DNA of 63,966 nt, counting the filler, from a bacterium (lineage in GTDB: Bacteria; UBA9089; CG2-30-40-21; SBAY01), in NCBI GenBank assembly GCA_040757115.1. It is 7 parts of 7 records of this genome, joined end to end, with 100 filler letters (N's around TTAATTAATTAA, not from the genome) between each part and the next. Parts side by side here need not be neighbours in the genome. Positions count along the whole stretch, not along the records: positions 1 to 29,334 come from JBFLYA010000023.1; 6 more parts are not named here. One strand, given 5' to 3'. Shown in pieces: positions 10,411 through 20,748 of the stretch. The notes under the pieces were generated by a model. It had not been told where the DNA came from. It saw nothing but the letters and a program-made list of their open reading frames with translations, and ran no database searches. A program made the translations under genes and the position numbers. Numbering within the stretch: position 1 is the stretch's first letter; each line of letters opens with the position of its first letter.

Positions 10411-12120
10411 TCATAGAGCTTCAAACACCTCAATATTAAATAAACCTATGTTACTACCAATTGCCTCATCAACGGTAAATATTACCCAGGTAATATTGCG
10501 TGGTTTAAAAGTAAAGGCATTTCCCGTCCCATTATTTGATAAAGCACTTATGGGAATAGAACTACCATCACTAAAACTCATAGTTCCTTTTATTATCCTT
10601 TCACTATAGTCCTGTCTATCATATAAAATCACCCGATTTACCAAATGAGGTTCTTTCCAGATTAATTTAAGATATGGTCTTGAAACTGAACCCGTTGATA
10701 CCCATTTATCACGGTTGCCTTCATCCTTTGTTTGCCCATTGCGAACAATTCCTGATGAGACTGAAATACTTGCATATTGAGCAATGTTAGCTGGATAAAC
10801 CTCAAATTCTGCTAAACCACTATTCAACCCCTTGCAGGAGTCTATTACAAATTTGACCCATGAAATTCTTCTTGGTGGAAAAGTAATAACCGTTTCTGCA
10901 CTATTGTTTGGAAGTGCCCCAACCTTTATTTTTAATGTCTTATCGCTAAAAATAAGAGTCCCTCCAGTTATCCAGTCATCCAGATTCATTCTATCACGCA
11001 AAATTATTTTATCTATCAAATATGGCTTATCCCAATCTAACTTAATCCATGCACCCGTTCCTTCTGAATTACTTACCCATTCATGGAGATAGTTTTCAGG
11101 GTTGTAAAAAACATCAACCATTCCATCAACGGCTTTAGTCCCTAATTGGGTAGTAGAGGTATTTTCTGATGAAACAGTAACAGTAGATAGAAAAGCAATA
11201 TTTGAAAAATCACGCAGCCAAAAGATTTCATCAGATTTAACAAATGAATAATGATAGTCGTTGACTTTAGATGTATGACAATGAATTGCCTTATACTTTA
11301 AATTTACCGTTGGGTCATTAAGGGGAGTTTTAAGCATAGCAGGTGGAACAGATATATGATGAATATCAGACCATTTTCGAGGTGTCAGTATCCCAAGCGT
11401 AGTTGGACAGGTAAATGGGACAACTTGATGGACATCTAAATTTCTCGCAGGCCATTTGTCATCTCCACTCACTGAATGCACAATAGCCGCATAAACTTTT
11501 GGAGAATAGGAAGGCATTTGCCTTTTTATCGACACTATTGATTCCACAACAAATTGATGAACTCCCTGATGGTCACGATGTAAATCATGTAATCTTGTAG
11601 TATAGATAGTTTCTGGTAATTCTTCTTTTAATATTGATTTAATAGCTTTTTTAAGGTTCTTTTTGGTAAGTAATGCTGGTTCGCCAAACTTAGTTGTAAA
11701 GTAATCAGGATGGTCAGGTAATCCATAAGTATAATTCCAATTTTCTCTATGAGGTAAGTAAATTAGCGTATTTTCATTAGATTTATCAAATAAATCTCGT
11801 ATGGTAGCCGCTCTATATCCTAAAAAATAAATATCATTTGGATTTAACCCTAAAGTAGCCAGACCGTTAATTGATTCCTGTAAGGCAATACGACCTTGCT
11901 CTTTTGTATCAGGGTCACCATTGGTAACTATTACCACTTTAATACGGTCACCGTCGTTGACGGCACAATTTATAATACCAGCCGTCATTAAAACTTCATC
12001 ATCAGGATGAGGTGAAAATACGACAATGTTTTTGGAAAGACAGTTACCGGTAATTAAAAGAAACCAACATAGAAAAAAAGTTCTTATCTTTACCATTTTG
12101 TAATCAAAAGAAAGAAACAT
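10411..12120 (-). CDS. Secreted PIG-L/LmbE deacetylase with two C-terminal discoidin-like domains
   Basis: PHPDDE, HRDH, and repeated W..L.W.....I..I.L.DR modules. Confidence 0.8.
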   Translation of the reverse strand: MFLSFDYKMVKIRTFFLCWFLLITGNCLSKNIVVFSPHPDDEVLMTAGIINCAVNDGDRIKVVIVTNGDPDTKEQGRIALQESINGLATLGLNPNDIYFLGYRAATIRDLFDKSNENTLIYLPHRENWNYTYGLPDHPDYFTTKFGEPALLTKKNLKKAIKSILKEELPETIYTTRLHDLHRDHQGVHQFVVESIVSIKRQMPSYSPKVYAAIVHSVSGDDKWPARNLDVHQVVPFTCPTTLGILTPRKWSDIHHISVPPAMLKTPLNDPTVNLKYKAIHCHTSKVNDYHYSFVKSDEIFWLRDFSNIAFLSTVTVSSENTSTTQLGTKAVDGMVDVFYNPENYLHEWVSNSEGTGAWIKLDWDKPYLIDKIILRDRMNLDDWITGGTLIFSDKTLKIKVGALPNNSAETVITFPPRRISWVKFVIDSCKGLNSGLAEFEVYPANIAQYASISVSSGIVRNGQTKDEGNRDKWVSTGSVSRPYLKLIWKEPHLVNRVILYDRQDYSERIIKGTMSFSDGSSIPISALSNNGTGNAFTFKPRNITWVIFTVDEAIGSNIGLFNIEVFEAL

Positions 12121-12183
12121 AGATTTATCTTCCTCGGAACATATTTTAACACATAAAAAAACTTTTGGCAAGAAAAATTTTTC

Positions 12184-12419
12184 GTAAGCGTTCAGGTGGT
12201 GTAACAAAAGGAGATGTGGAGATTAAGGAGATAGGGAGATATTATAAAAAAATTGAAATTAATAGAAACTAATAGAAATTTATGGAAATTTGTTGTTTTC
12301 CACAATCAATTTCTACCTATTTCTATAAATTTCAATCTATTTCTATTATCTTATCTCCATATCACTCTTATCTCCTTATCCCCTTTCTTACACTTTTGAT
12401 ATATAGCCTGAACGGTTAC
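12184..12419 (+). mobile_element. Family-A IS66-type MITE (236 bp)
   Basis: GTAAGCGTTCAG...CTGAACGGTTAC; near-identical to five other copies. Confidence 0.9.
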
Positions 12420-12428
12420 ATTTTTTTC

Positions 12429-12456
12429 TTGACAATTCCAAAAATATATGTAAAAT
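12429..12456 (+). promoter_or_regulatory. Sigma70-type promoter, probably a leaderless transcript
   Basis: TTGACA-16-TAAAAT, 6 nt before ATG 12463. Confidence 0.5.
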
Positions 12457-12462
12457 GGAACT

Positions 12463-13599
12463 ATGTATTCCAGATTACTAAAACCGCCCGAAGATAAGAG
12501 TTTTTTTTTATTTGGTCCGCGTGGAACAGGAAAGACGACATGGGTCAAGTCAACCTTTGGCAATGCCCTTTATTTAGACCTACTGGAATCTGAATTATTT
12601 AATGACCTTATGGCTAATCCTAAAAGGCTTGAAAATTTTATCCCCAAAGATTTTAAAGACTGGATTATCGTAGATGAAGTCCAAAGGGTTCCTGAACTTC
12701 TAAATGAGATTCATCGACTGATTGAGAAATACAGGTATAAATTTATTTTGACAGGTTCAAGTGCGAGGAAATTGAGGAGAAAAGGACCAAATCTACTTGC
12801 TGGTAGAGCTTTACGATATTCTTTCCATCCCCTTACAGTCGCCGAACTCGGCAATGATTTTAATCTAAGCCATTCTTTAGTATATGGACAACTGCCTTGT
12901 GCTTATACGGAATCTGCTCCCCAAAAATATTTGGAAAGCTATGTTAAAACCTATTTGCAGGAAGAAATAGAACAGGAAGGATTAACCAGGAATTTAGGAG
13001 CATTTTATAGGTTTTTGGAATCTGCCAGTTTTTCACAAGCCTCTGTTTTAAATACCTCCTCAATAAGTCGTGATTGTGCGGTTGACCGTAAAGTAGTTGA
13101 AAATTATTTTACGATATTAGAAGATTTACTTATCGCCTATAAGGTGTTTGTTTTCACTAAAAGGGCAAAAAGGCGGCTTGTTTCTCATCCTAAATTTTAT
13201 TTTTTTGATGTTGGGGTCTATCGCACATTAAGGCCAAAAGGGCCTTTTGATATGCCAGAGGAAATTGAAGGACATGCGATGGAAACCTTACTGTTTCAAG
13301 AATTGAAGGCTATAAATGACTACCTTGATTTGGGCTATCAGATATTTTATTGGAGGACTTCCAACAATATTGAGGTAGATTTTGTCTTATATGGCGATAA
13401 GGGACTCAAGGCATTTGAAATAAAACGAACCAGAAAAATTACTCCCTCTTTGATTAGAGGACTAAAGGCATTTCTAAAAGATTATCCCCTCGCTAAAGCC
13501 TACTTTCTTTATGGTGGAGAACGCCGACTTTATGAAGGTGATATTGAAATCATTCCTATAGAAGAGGCAATGAAAAACCTTCCTTTGCTTCTTGGCTAA
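12463..13599 (+). CDS. AAA+ ATPase with DUF4143 domain
   Basis: GPRGTGKT, IIVDEVQ, LTGSS, KFYFFDVG, EVDFV..EIK. Confidence 0.9.
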   Translation: MYSRLLKPPEDKSFFLFGPRGTGKTTWVKSTFGNALYLDLLESELFNDLMANPKRLENFIPKDFKDWIIVDEVQRVPELLNEIHRLIEKYRYKFILTGSSARKLRRKGPNLLAGRALRYSFHPLTVAELGNDFNLSHSLVYGQLPCAYTESAPQKYLESYVKTYLQEEIEQEGLTRNLGAFYRFLESASFSQASVLNTSSISRDCAVDRKVVENYFTILEDLLIAYKVFVFTKRAKRRLVSHPKFYFFDVGVYRTLRPKGPFDMPEEIEGHAMETLLFQELKAINDYLDLGYQIFYWRTSNNIEVDFVLYGDKGLKAFEIKRTRKITPSLIRGLKAFLKDYPLAKAYFLYGGERRLYEGDIEIIPIEEAMKNLPLLLG

Positions 13600-13614
13600 T
13601 TATACAGGTTTTGG

Positions 13615-14961
13615 TTAATAAGTGTAAGAAAAGGATTCACAATAATATCTAATCAGTTCATCTAATCTCTTTACCTGTTTTTCCCTCGAGAAATTGCTGA
13701 TAAAATCATCATCAGGAGAAATCCTTACCTCATCTTTAATTATAGCATTTATGCTTTGTTCTATTAGCCTCGTATTATCACCGCAAAAAATGCCTAAACC
13801 AGTTTTTTGCAATATACCTCCTACATAAGAAGAAGGACTTATTCCCAGACAAAGAATAGGTTTTCTTAATGCCATATACTCAAATAATTTTGCGGTCAGA
13901 ACACCGTCGTTTTCTTTATCTCTTTCAATAAAAAGCAAAACATCCGCCTTCTTCTGCTCAGAGAGGGCATCTTTAGTAGAAAGAAACCCTTTATATTTTA
14001 TAATATCTTTTGTGTTAGGATATTTATCAAAAAACTTATCAAGAATAACCTTTGTCTCATAAGCACCATAAAATGATATCTCTACTTTATCTTTTAAATA
14101 GGTATAATTTTTATCTATGACCTCAAACAGTCTTTTGGGATTACTTCTCCTCTCATAAAGAGTCCCTGTATAAATAATAGTCTTCTTTGATTCAGGAAAA
14201 TCATCTACCCTTATCTCTCTTAACAATTCCTCATCATAACCATTTTCTATAACGAATATATCTTTTGTCTTTTGTGGATATTTTTCTTGTAGCCACTGCT
14301 TCAATATCTCCGAAACGACAATAATTACATCTGAATGATTAATACATTTTCGTTCTAAAAAACCTTCCGTAAGAGTAAATGGAAACAATCCAGAATGGAC
14401 AGGATTTTGTGTCCATAAATCACGGAAATCTTGAATCCAAAGAATATCCTTAAATCTTTTTTTTAAAGCCAAGCCCACCAAATTGCCTACAGGAGGAGGG
14501 GAGTTGGTGATAATAATCTTTATATCATGTTCTTGAATTAGCATTTTAGCCTTTTTATAAGCTTGAAAAAACCATAAATCAGAGAAAGTAGGCATCCGGG
14601 TAGTACCAAACAAAATACCTCTACTTGATAAATACCTATTAAGTATTCTTAATCCTTTATCCAGCAATAACTCAATTAATCGTTTTTTATGGGAACCACC
14701 AAATTCATTACTTATCGGTCCCTGCACCTTAAATATCCTTTTAATCAAACTTCTGGGATCAAAGTATCTCAATCTATATGACTGAAAAGCAGAGCAATCA
14801 ACCACAAAATTTTTCGTTCTTTCATCATCAGGAGTATCGGCAGTAAGGATACTAACTTTATGCCCAAGTCTTTTGAGATATTTAGCCCAGGTATATACCC
14901 GTCTACAACCCGTTGAATTCAAAGGTGGAAAGATGTAACTAATAATAAGAATATTTGCCAT
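13615..14961 (-). CDS. Glycosyltransferase family 4
   Basis: SYIFPP, DFRDLW, NGYD, KLFEYM..RKPI. Confidence 0.88.
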   Translation of the reverse strand: MANILIISYIFPPLNSTGCRRVYTWAKYLKRLGHKVSILTADTPDDERTKNFVVDCSAFQSYRLRYFDPRSLIKRIFKVQGPISNEFGGSHKKRLIELLLDKGLRILNRYLSSRGILFGTTRMPTFSDLWFFQAYKKAKMLIQEHDIKIIITNSPPPVGNLVGLALKKRFKDILWIQDFRDLWTQNPVHSGLFPFTLTEGFLERKCINHSDVIIVVSEILKQWLQEKYPQKTKDIFVIENGYDEELLREIRVDDFPESKKTIIYTGTLYERRSNPKRLFEVIDKNYTYLKDKVEISFYGAYETKVILDKFFDKYPNTKDIIKYKGFLSTKDALSEQKKADVLLFIERDKENDGVLTAKLFEYMALRKPILCLGISPSSYVGGILQKTGLGIFCGDNTRLIEQSINAIIKDEVRISPDDDFISNFSREKQVKRLDELIRYYCESFSYTY

Positions 14962-14965
14962 TTCT

Positions 14966-16123
14966 TTAGTTGCTCCTTTTTGTAAATAATTCTAAAAGTG
15001 TCTTAGCGGTCTTTTCCCAGGAAAATAACTGCACTCGTTCTAATCCCTTTTGGATAAGATTTTCTTTTAGGTTGATGTCAGTTAAACCTCTATATATTCC
15101 TTCACTTATTTCTTGAATATTTAACGGCTCTACAAAAATAGCCGCATCATTTAAAATCTCTTTAAAAATAGGAATATTAGAGACTAAAACAGGACATCCA
15201 CAAGCCATTGCCTCTAAGGGTGGAAAGCCAAATCCTTCATACAGAGAAGGAAAAATAAATAACTCAGCCCCATTATATAACTTAACCAAATCCTCTTGAG
15301 GAACATAATTTAAAAATTTAACTTCTGCAGGAGAAAATTTTAGTTTTTTATAAATTCTATAAATTGACGAATTTTGCCAACCTTTTCCTCCAGCAATAAG
15401 AAGGGGATAGTTTAGTTGTGGATAATTTCTTCTAAATAAGGCATAGGCTTTAAGTAAATTCTCAATATTTTTCCTTGGCTCTATAGTCGATACTGTCAAG
15501 AGATAATCTGTAGAGGTATGAAATTTGTCAGCAATATATTGTTTGGTCTGGGTTTTAGGAAGAGGACGAAATTCTTTTTGACAAATACCAGGATAAGCAT
15601 ATTTGATTTTATTTCGAAGTTTTGGAAATTTATCTTTTATTTCTAATGCCACAGATTCCGAAATGGTAATAATTTGATGTGCCTTTAAAAGAGAGGTTTT
15701 AAAAAACAAAGGAAAGATAATACGATTATCCCATTTTAGTGTTGATGGATAATAATAATAGGTTAAATCATAAACAGTTAATATTGTCTTGACACGAGAA
15801 GGAAGGTTTATAGGTAAAATAGATTCAGTTGCCCAGAAGATGTCAATAGCATCTTTTCTTAAGTCATTGTTGGCGTTAAACTGCATCCAGCAGGTAGCCA
15901 TAGTGTTTAACCTGCCCTTTTTTATTCGCAAATGCCAGGAGGAAGGAACCTCTTCAAAAGGAATTTGTAAGGAATTGGGTGCATATAAAAAATATTGATT
16001 CTCATCATCTATCTTATGTAACTGTTTAATGATATTGTATAAATAAACACTTGTTCCTGTAAATTTTCTGGCTAAAGGATATGCAGATATACCGATTTTC
16101 ATTAGACCTCCCCCCATAAGCAT
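14966..16123 (-). CDS. Glycosyltransferase family 4
   Basis: TIEPRKN, PSLYEGFGFPPLEAMACG. Confidence 0.93.
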   Translation of the reverse strand: MLMGGGLMKIGISAYPLARKFTGTSVYLYNIIKQLHKIDDENQYFLYAPNSLQIPFEEVPSSWHLRIKKGRLNTMATCWMQFNANNDLRKDAIDIFWATESILPINLPSRVKTILTVYDLTYYYYPSTLKWDNRIIFPLFFKTSLLKAHQIITISESVALEIKDKFPKLRNKIKYAYPGICQKEFRPLPKTQTKQYIADKFHTSTDYLLTVSTIEPRKNIENLLKAYALFRRNYPQLNYPLLIAGGKGWQNSSIYRIYKKLKFSPAEVKFLNYVPQEDLVKLYNGAELFIFPSLYEGFGFPPLEAMACGCPVLVSNIPIFKEILNDAAIFVEPLNIQEISEGIYRGLTDINLKENLIQKGLERVQLFSWEKTAKTLLELFTKRSN

Positions 16124-16157
16124 CTTTTGTAAGCGTTCAGTTGATATAAGAAAAGGA

Positions 16158-16394
16158 GTAACCGTTCAGGCTATATATCAAAAGTGTAAGAAAGGGGATA
16201 AGGAGATAAGAGTGATATGGAGATAAGATAATAGAAATAGATTGAAATTTATAGAAATAGGTAGAAATTGATTGTGGAAAACAACAAATTTCCATAAATT
16301 TCTATTAGTTTCTATTAATTTCAATTTTTTTAATAATATCTCCCTATCTCCTTAATCTCCACATCTCCTTTTGTTACACCACCTGAACGCTTAC
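16158..16394 (-). mobile_element. Family-A IS66-type MITE nested in an older element
   Basis: 8-bp TSD GAAAAGGA; a second GTAAGCGTTCAG TIR lies at about 16129. Confidence 0.9.
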
Positions 16395-16520
16395 GAAAAG
16401 GAGATGGGAAGATTACGAAAAGGAGATTAAGAGATTAGGGAAAAAGATTAATATAATTCCACTTTACTTAACTTCTCAATATCTCCATATATCTCTCTCT
16501 TTATCTCCTTATCCCCTTTT

Positions 16521-17005
16521 GTAACTATTCAGCCACAGATGGGCACGGATGAAACACTGAAAAATTCGTAATCCGTGTCCGTAATCAGGTTGAAGGCTGA
16601 AGGATTTTTCTCTTTCTGACTTTTGTTTTCTATCCTTCTTGATTCTCTGCCAGTGGAGGAAGATTCCACCCCCTTAATCCCCCGCCAGCGGGGGAGAATC
16701 CACCCCCTAACCCCCGCCCTTATCGTTACCCATAAGTTTTACTGGACAATGTTACATTCATTCACAATTCGCAATTCACCATTCACAATTCACAATTTCT
16801 TCCCTAAATCTTCTTAAAATGGTGAATGGTGAATTGTCAATTGTGAATTGTGAATTATTACTCTTCACGGTGTCCAGTAAAAATTGTGGGACATGCTAAG
16901 AACCCCCGCCAGCGGGGGACAACCCGCCTCTGCCCTCTGCCCTCTGCCCTCTGCCCTCTGTATTTATCCGTGTTTATCCGTATCAATCAGTGGCTGAATA
17001 GTTAC
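16521..17005. mobile_element. Family-E IS66-type MITE with nested insertions
   Basis: TIR GTAACTATTCAGCCAC; contains CCCCCGCCAGCGGGGG palindromes; supplies the last codons of the R-M gene. Confidence 0.75.
16719..16900. mobile_element. 182-bp MITE with 10-bp TSD
   Basis: Imperfect 30-bp TIR (CTTA...TTTTACTGGACA); direct repeat AACCCCCGCC at 16709-16718 and 16901-16910; inverted heptamer cargo. Confidence 0.7.
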
Positions 17006-20000
17006 CAATTATTTTTATCTCCTCCTCCCCTAAATTATACAACTTATAAATCAAACTGTCAATTTGGTCATCTATCCTTTCTATTTCCATGTCAATTTTA
17101 GTTAGATGGGGATTGGACACTTTTGCCCTGAATTCATTCATCATCAGATTAATCCTATCAAGGTTATATTCTACTGAATGAAGTTTGGCAGAGGTTTTAT
17201 AGACTAAAGTGATAAGGTTAGTTAAGATAATATCAACCACTATGCCATCTCCCCACTTTTTCTTTTTCCTTTTTTCCTTTAAGAATTTATTGATGGTATA
17301 GAAAATGAATAATCTCAAATTTTCGTCTTTAATGATTAATTCTAAAACAGGGGTATGGATTTTCGGTTCACTATCAACCTTAAATATAATTGACTCATTC
17401 TCTTCATAAATCTTTATGCCAGTAATTTGAGCTTCTGTTTGGGCAGAGATACCCGCTTTCTTCTCAATATATTTACTATACCCAGCCTTACTATAATAGG
17501 CATCTTTTAAAGATAGTGCTTCATAATCCGGATAATTGTTGATTAATTGGTCAAATCTCTTTAGCGTCAGATTTCTTTGCTTATGAAGATTAAGTATCTC
17601 ATCAACTAACTTAACCAACTCATCATACACCGCCTTTGAGTCCTGATTATCAAAGTCAATTTTATAGATAGGTATTTGTTCAATACTTTCGGGATAGACA
17701 TTTAGTTCATAACCAAGCATCAAATAGAAATAGAAGTTAATTAATTTTGAATTGATAAATCCTAATAGATACTTCAGGTCATAGTTTTTAGATGTTTGTA
17801 TTTCATCTTCTTTAATATAAATCTTATGTTTTCGTAATACACTCTGCTCAATGGCACATAATTTATGTTTTAGGACACAACAAGAAAGGGAATGGTCAGT
17901 ATAAAACCTTTCATTATCAAAACAAGCAATAAGCCCTTTCTTCCCTGTTACTTCACTTATGACTAATTTTTCATTTTCAAACAATTCCGGCAATGATGGG
18001 CGGTAGAGTTTTTCCTTATCATACAAAAACCATTTGCCTGCCGAATCTATCAAGTATCTGCTGACATTTTCTCCTTTAATCATTTTTTTACAATGTTTAT
18101 TGATTGGTTCATTTAAGTGAAATTTCTCTATGGGCACACCTCTTACGCCCCAGGAAACGGCGGCTATATCGCCAAGATAAAGGCTTTTGGCTTTAATCTT
18201 ATCAATAATGCCCAAAGTCTTTCCATTTAATTCCAATCTAAACATATTGTCAGGGGTATGTTCATAAACAGATTGTTTAACTTCAAGCACCCCATCAGTT
18301 ATTTCGTTCTCTATTTTAGGGTCTTTTTGAGGGAGAATAATCTGGATAGTATGGTCAGGCATCTTTCCTTTTTGACAAATGATAATGATATTTCGCACCA
18401 CTGCATCCTGGAATATACGATATTTTTTTAAATCAACAATGGTCAGGATTGAGGTATTTTCCAGTAAATATTTTCGCAAGTGCTGAGCATAATTTTGAGT
18501 TAAAAATGGATATGGAATGATAAAGCCCAATTTGCCACCTTCTTTAAGTAAATTTATTCCTCGTTCCATCATCCCAATGTAGATATCAAATCTTTTGACA
18601 GCGGTGGTATAATTTTTCATATAAAACATTCGCTCATCGGTTGGCAGGTTTTCTACATTGACATAAGGTGGATTGCCAATAACTATATCAAAACCTTCTA
18701 CCTCTGGGAATTCTATTTGCCAGTTAAATATCTTATTGGTCTGGTGATGTTCGAAGTATTTATTTAATGGCTCATTTAGTTTTATATTTAATTCATCACT
18801 AATTTCCTTGATTGAATCAAGGATTTCTTTATTTTCTTGCCCATTTTTAAGTTTTGCCCGCAGGCTAATAAGTGATTGTATTTTATCTTCAGATACATCC
18901 GTAGGTTCTGCCGAAATAAGTGAATTACCGACTTTAATATTTTGATTAAGGAGATAAGGTAATTTTTGTTTTCCAGACATTTTCTCAAAAGCCTTTAAGA
19001 TTAAATTTATAGTTGCTATTTCTGCGGCAGCCGAATCGATGTCCACACCGTATAAATGCTCACAGAGAATCTTGCGAGGATAGTCTAATACCTTTTGAGG
19101 TAATTGTTGTAATTCAAAACCCAGACTACTTTGTCCATGTTTTTTAAAGTATTTCTCCATTGTTTCTACCTGGAGTTTCTCTATTCGCTCATTTTCCTCT
19201 TCATAAAACTTACTTAAGATATCAAAGGCACAAATCAGAAATGACCCGGAGCCACAGGCAGGGTCTAAAATTTTAAGGTCTTTTATTTCATCAATCGTCT
19301 TACCTTGTAAATATTTTCCTAATGTCTGGTGAACAATATAATGGACGATAAATGGTGGTGTATAATAAACCCCTGCAGACCGACGCACTTCTGACTTTAT
19401 CTCTGCCTTTATCTTACCATTTTCAAGGGTAAATCTATAACCTAAATAACTTTCATAAGTTGCTCCTAAAATATCAGAGGTAAATTTACGAAAGCTGATA
19501 CGACAAAGTTCACAGATTATATCGGCTAATGTTTGGTTTGAGATAAATACTTGCTCACAAAGATGTCCTGGGGCAAAGATAGAGGTATTATGATGTTTAT
19601 CCATCATCATTGATAAATCAATCAAGGCATCAAAAAGAGAGGTTTCTTTCGCATAGGCTCCCTTTTGCAAAAACTCATTTAACATTGATTCTAAAAGGCT
19701 ATGCTGAAGAAGGACCTCTTTGTCATCTGCACATTGAATAACTAAAAGCCGACTCAATATCCGCTGAACAACATCCATCAGTATTTCAAAGTCAAAACTT
19801 CCATCTGATTTTACCAGGGCAGGATTATTCTTATTGTGGTCATAAATATTTTGGGCTAATCTAAGTCTCCAGGAGTGTAGAAATTTTAAGAATGAATAAT
19901 CTATTTCTTCTCTATGTAATTGAGCCTCCCACCATTCCAAGGATTTTGTCTTAACCTTATCTTTAGATAAAAGTAATAATTCATCTAATCTCTCAAGGTA

Positions 20001-20471
20001 TTCAGAAGGTGAATCAAAGGAAAGGATTAATTGCTCTTTATCAACATTAAAAAGATAAAGTCGTTGGAAATTGGTCAGGATAGCCCAGGGAATTTTACAA
20101 GTCCGGGCATATCGAAAGGCTTGTTTTTCATCTGAGGTTCTATCGATATATTTTTCCTGGCGGTCTGATTTAGACAGGATTTTATCAAATCTTTTCGTTT
20201 CAATAAAAATAATCGGTTCTGTCTCCAGTTCTAACCCAATATCCACAAATCCTGCTTTATCAAACGGCGTTGTTGGTCGAATATATTTTTCTCGATTATA
20301 TCTATTATCCTGACCTAAAGTATTATAGACATTCCAGCCAAGTATTAAGAATAACTTATCAACATAATTTGCCCGGACATCTGCTTCAGAAATATCTTTA
20401 TTTCCCTGTGAGTAGTATTGTGAGTAATATTTAGAAATTAGCGCTTTCAGTTCTTTTTTTATCTCTTCCAT
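16983..20471 (-). CDS. Type IIG (Eco57I-like) restriction-modification enzyme
   Basis: N-terminal D..IETK nuclease motif, GVYYTP, ILDPACGSGSF, GNPPY, and a C-terminal TaqI-like specificity region. Confidence 0.9.
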   Translation of the reverse strand: MEEIKKELKALISKYYSQYYSQGNKDISEADVRANYVDKLFLILGWNVYNTLGQDNRYNREKYIRPTTPFDKAGFVDIGLELETEPIIFIETKRFDKILSKSDRQEKYIDRTSDEKQAFRYARTCKIPWAILTNFQRLYLFNVDKEQLILSFDSPSEYLERLDELLLLSKDKVKTKSLEWWEAQLHREEIDYSFLKFLHSWRLRLAQNIYDHNKNNPALVKSDGSFDFEILMDVVQRILSRLLVIQCADDKEVLLQHSLLESMLNEFLQKGAYAKETSLFDALIDLSMMMDKHHNTSIFAPGHLCEQVFISNQTLADIICELCRISFRKFTSDILGATYESYLGYRFTLENGKIKAEIKSEVRRSAGVYYTPPFIVHYIVHQTLGKYLQGKTIDEIKDLKILDPACGSGSFLICAFDILSKFYEEENERIEKLQVETMEKYFKKHGQSSLGFELQQLPQKVLDYPRKILCEHLYGVDIDSAAAEIATINLILKAFEKMSGKQKLPYLLNQNIKVGNSLISAEPTDVSEDKIQSLISLRAKLKNGQENKEILDSIKEISDELNIKLNEPLNKYFEHHQTNKIFNWQIEFPEVEGFDIVIGNPPYVNVENLPTDERMFYMKNYTTAVKRFDIYIGMMERGINLLKEGGKLGFIIPYPFLTQNYAQHLRKYLLENTSILTIVDLKKYRIFQDAVVRNIIIICQKGKMPDHTIQIILPQKDPKIENEITDGVLEVKQSVYEHTPDNMFRLELNGKTLGIIDKIKAKSLYLGDIAAVSWGVRGVPIEKFHLNEPINKHCKKMIKGENVSRYLIDSAGKWFLYDKEKLYRPSLPELFENEKLVISEVTGKKGLIACFDNERFYTDHSLSCCVLKHKLCAIEQSVLRKHKIYIKEDEIQTSKNYDLKYLLGFINSKLINFYFYLMLGYELNVYPESIEQIPIYKIDFDNQDSKAVYDELVKLVDEILNLHKQRNLTLKRFDQLINNYPDYEALSLKDAYYSKAGYSKYIEKKAGISAQTEAQITGIKIYEENESIIFKVDSEPKIHTPVLELIIKDENLRLFIFYTINKFLKEKRKKKKWGDGIVVDIILTNLITLVYKTSAKLHSVEYNLDRINLMMNEFRAKVSNPHLTKIDMEIERIDDQIDSLIYKLYNLGEEEIKIIGNYSATD

Positions 20472-20748
20472 AGTAGGAAGTATTATATCAAACAATCCCT
20501 TCAAATGCAAGCAAAAAATTGCGACCTGTGCGGTTAGAAAATTAAGTGGTGTCTGAAAATAACTCTAATAGTGAAATCTATGCAGATTTGGTGTCCAAAA
20601 GGGATTTCCTCCAAAGAGCAAAATGCAAAAAGCAAATATAAAAATTAGTAACCATTCAGGGATATAGCCACAGAGTCACAAAGAACACAGAGGGAATATA
20701 TAACCACGAATGAACACGAATAATAAAAAGATTTGTAGTGCGAGGCTT

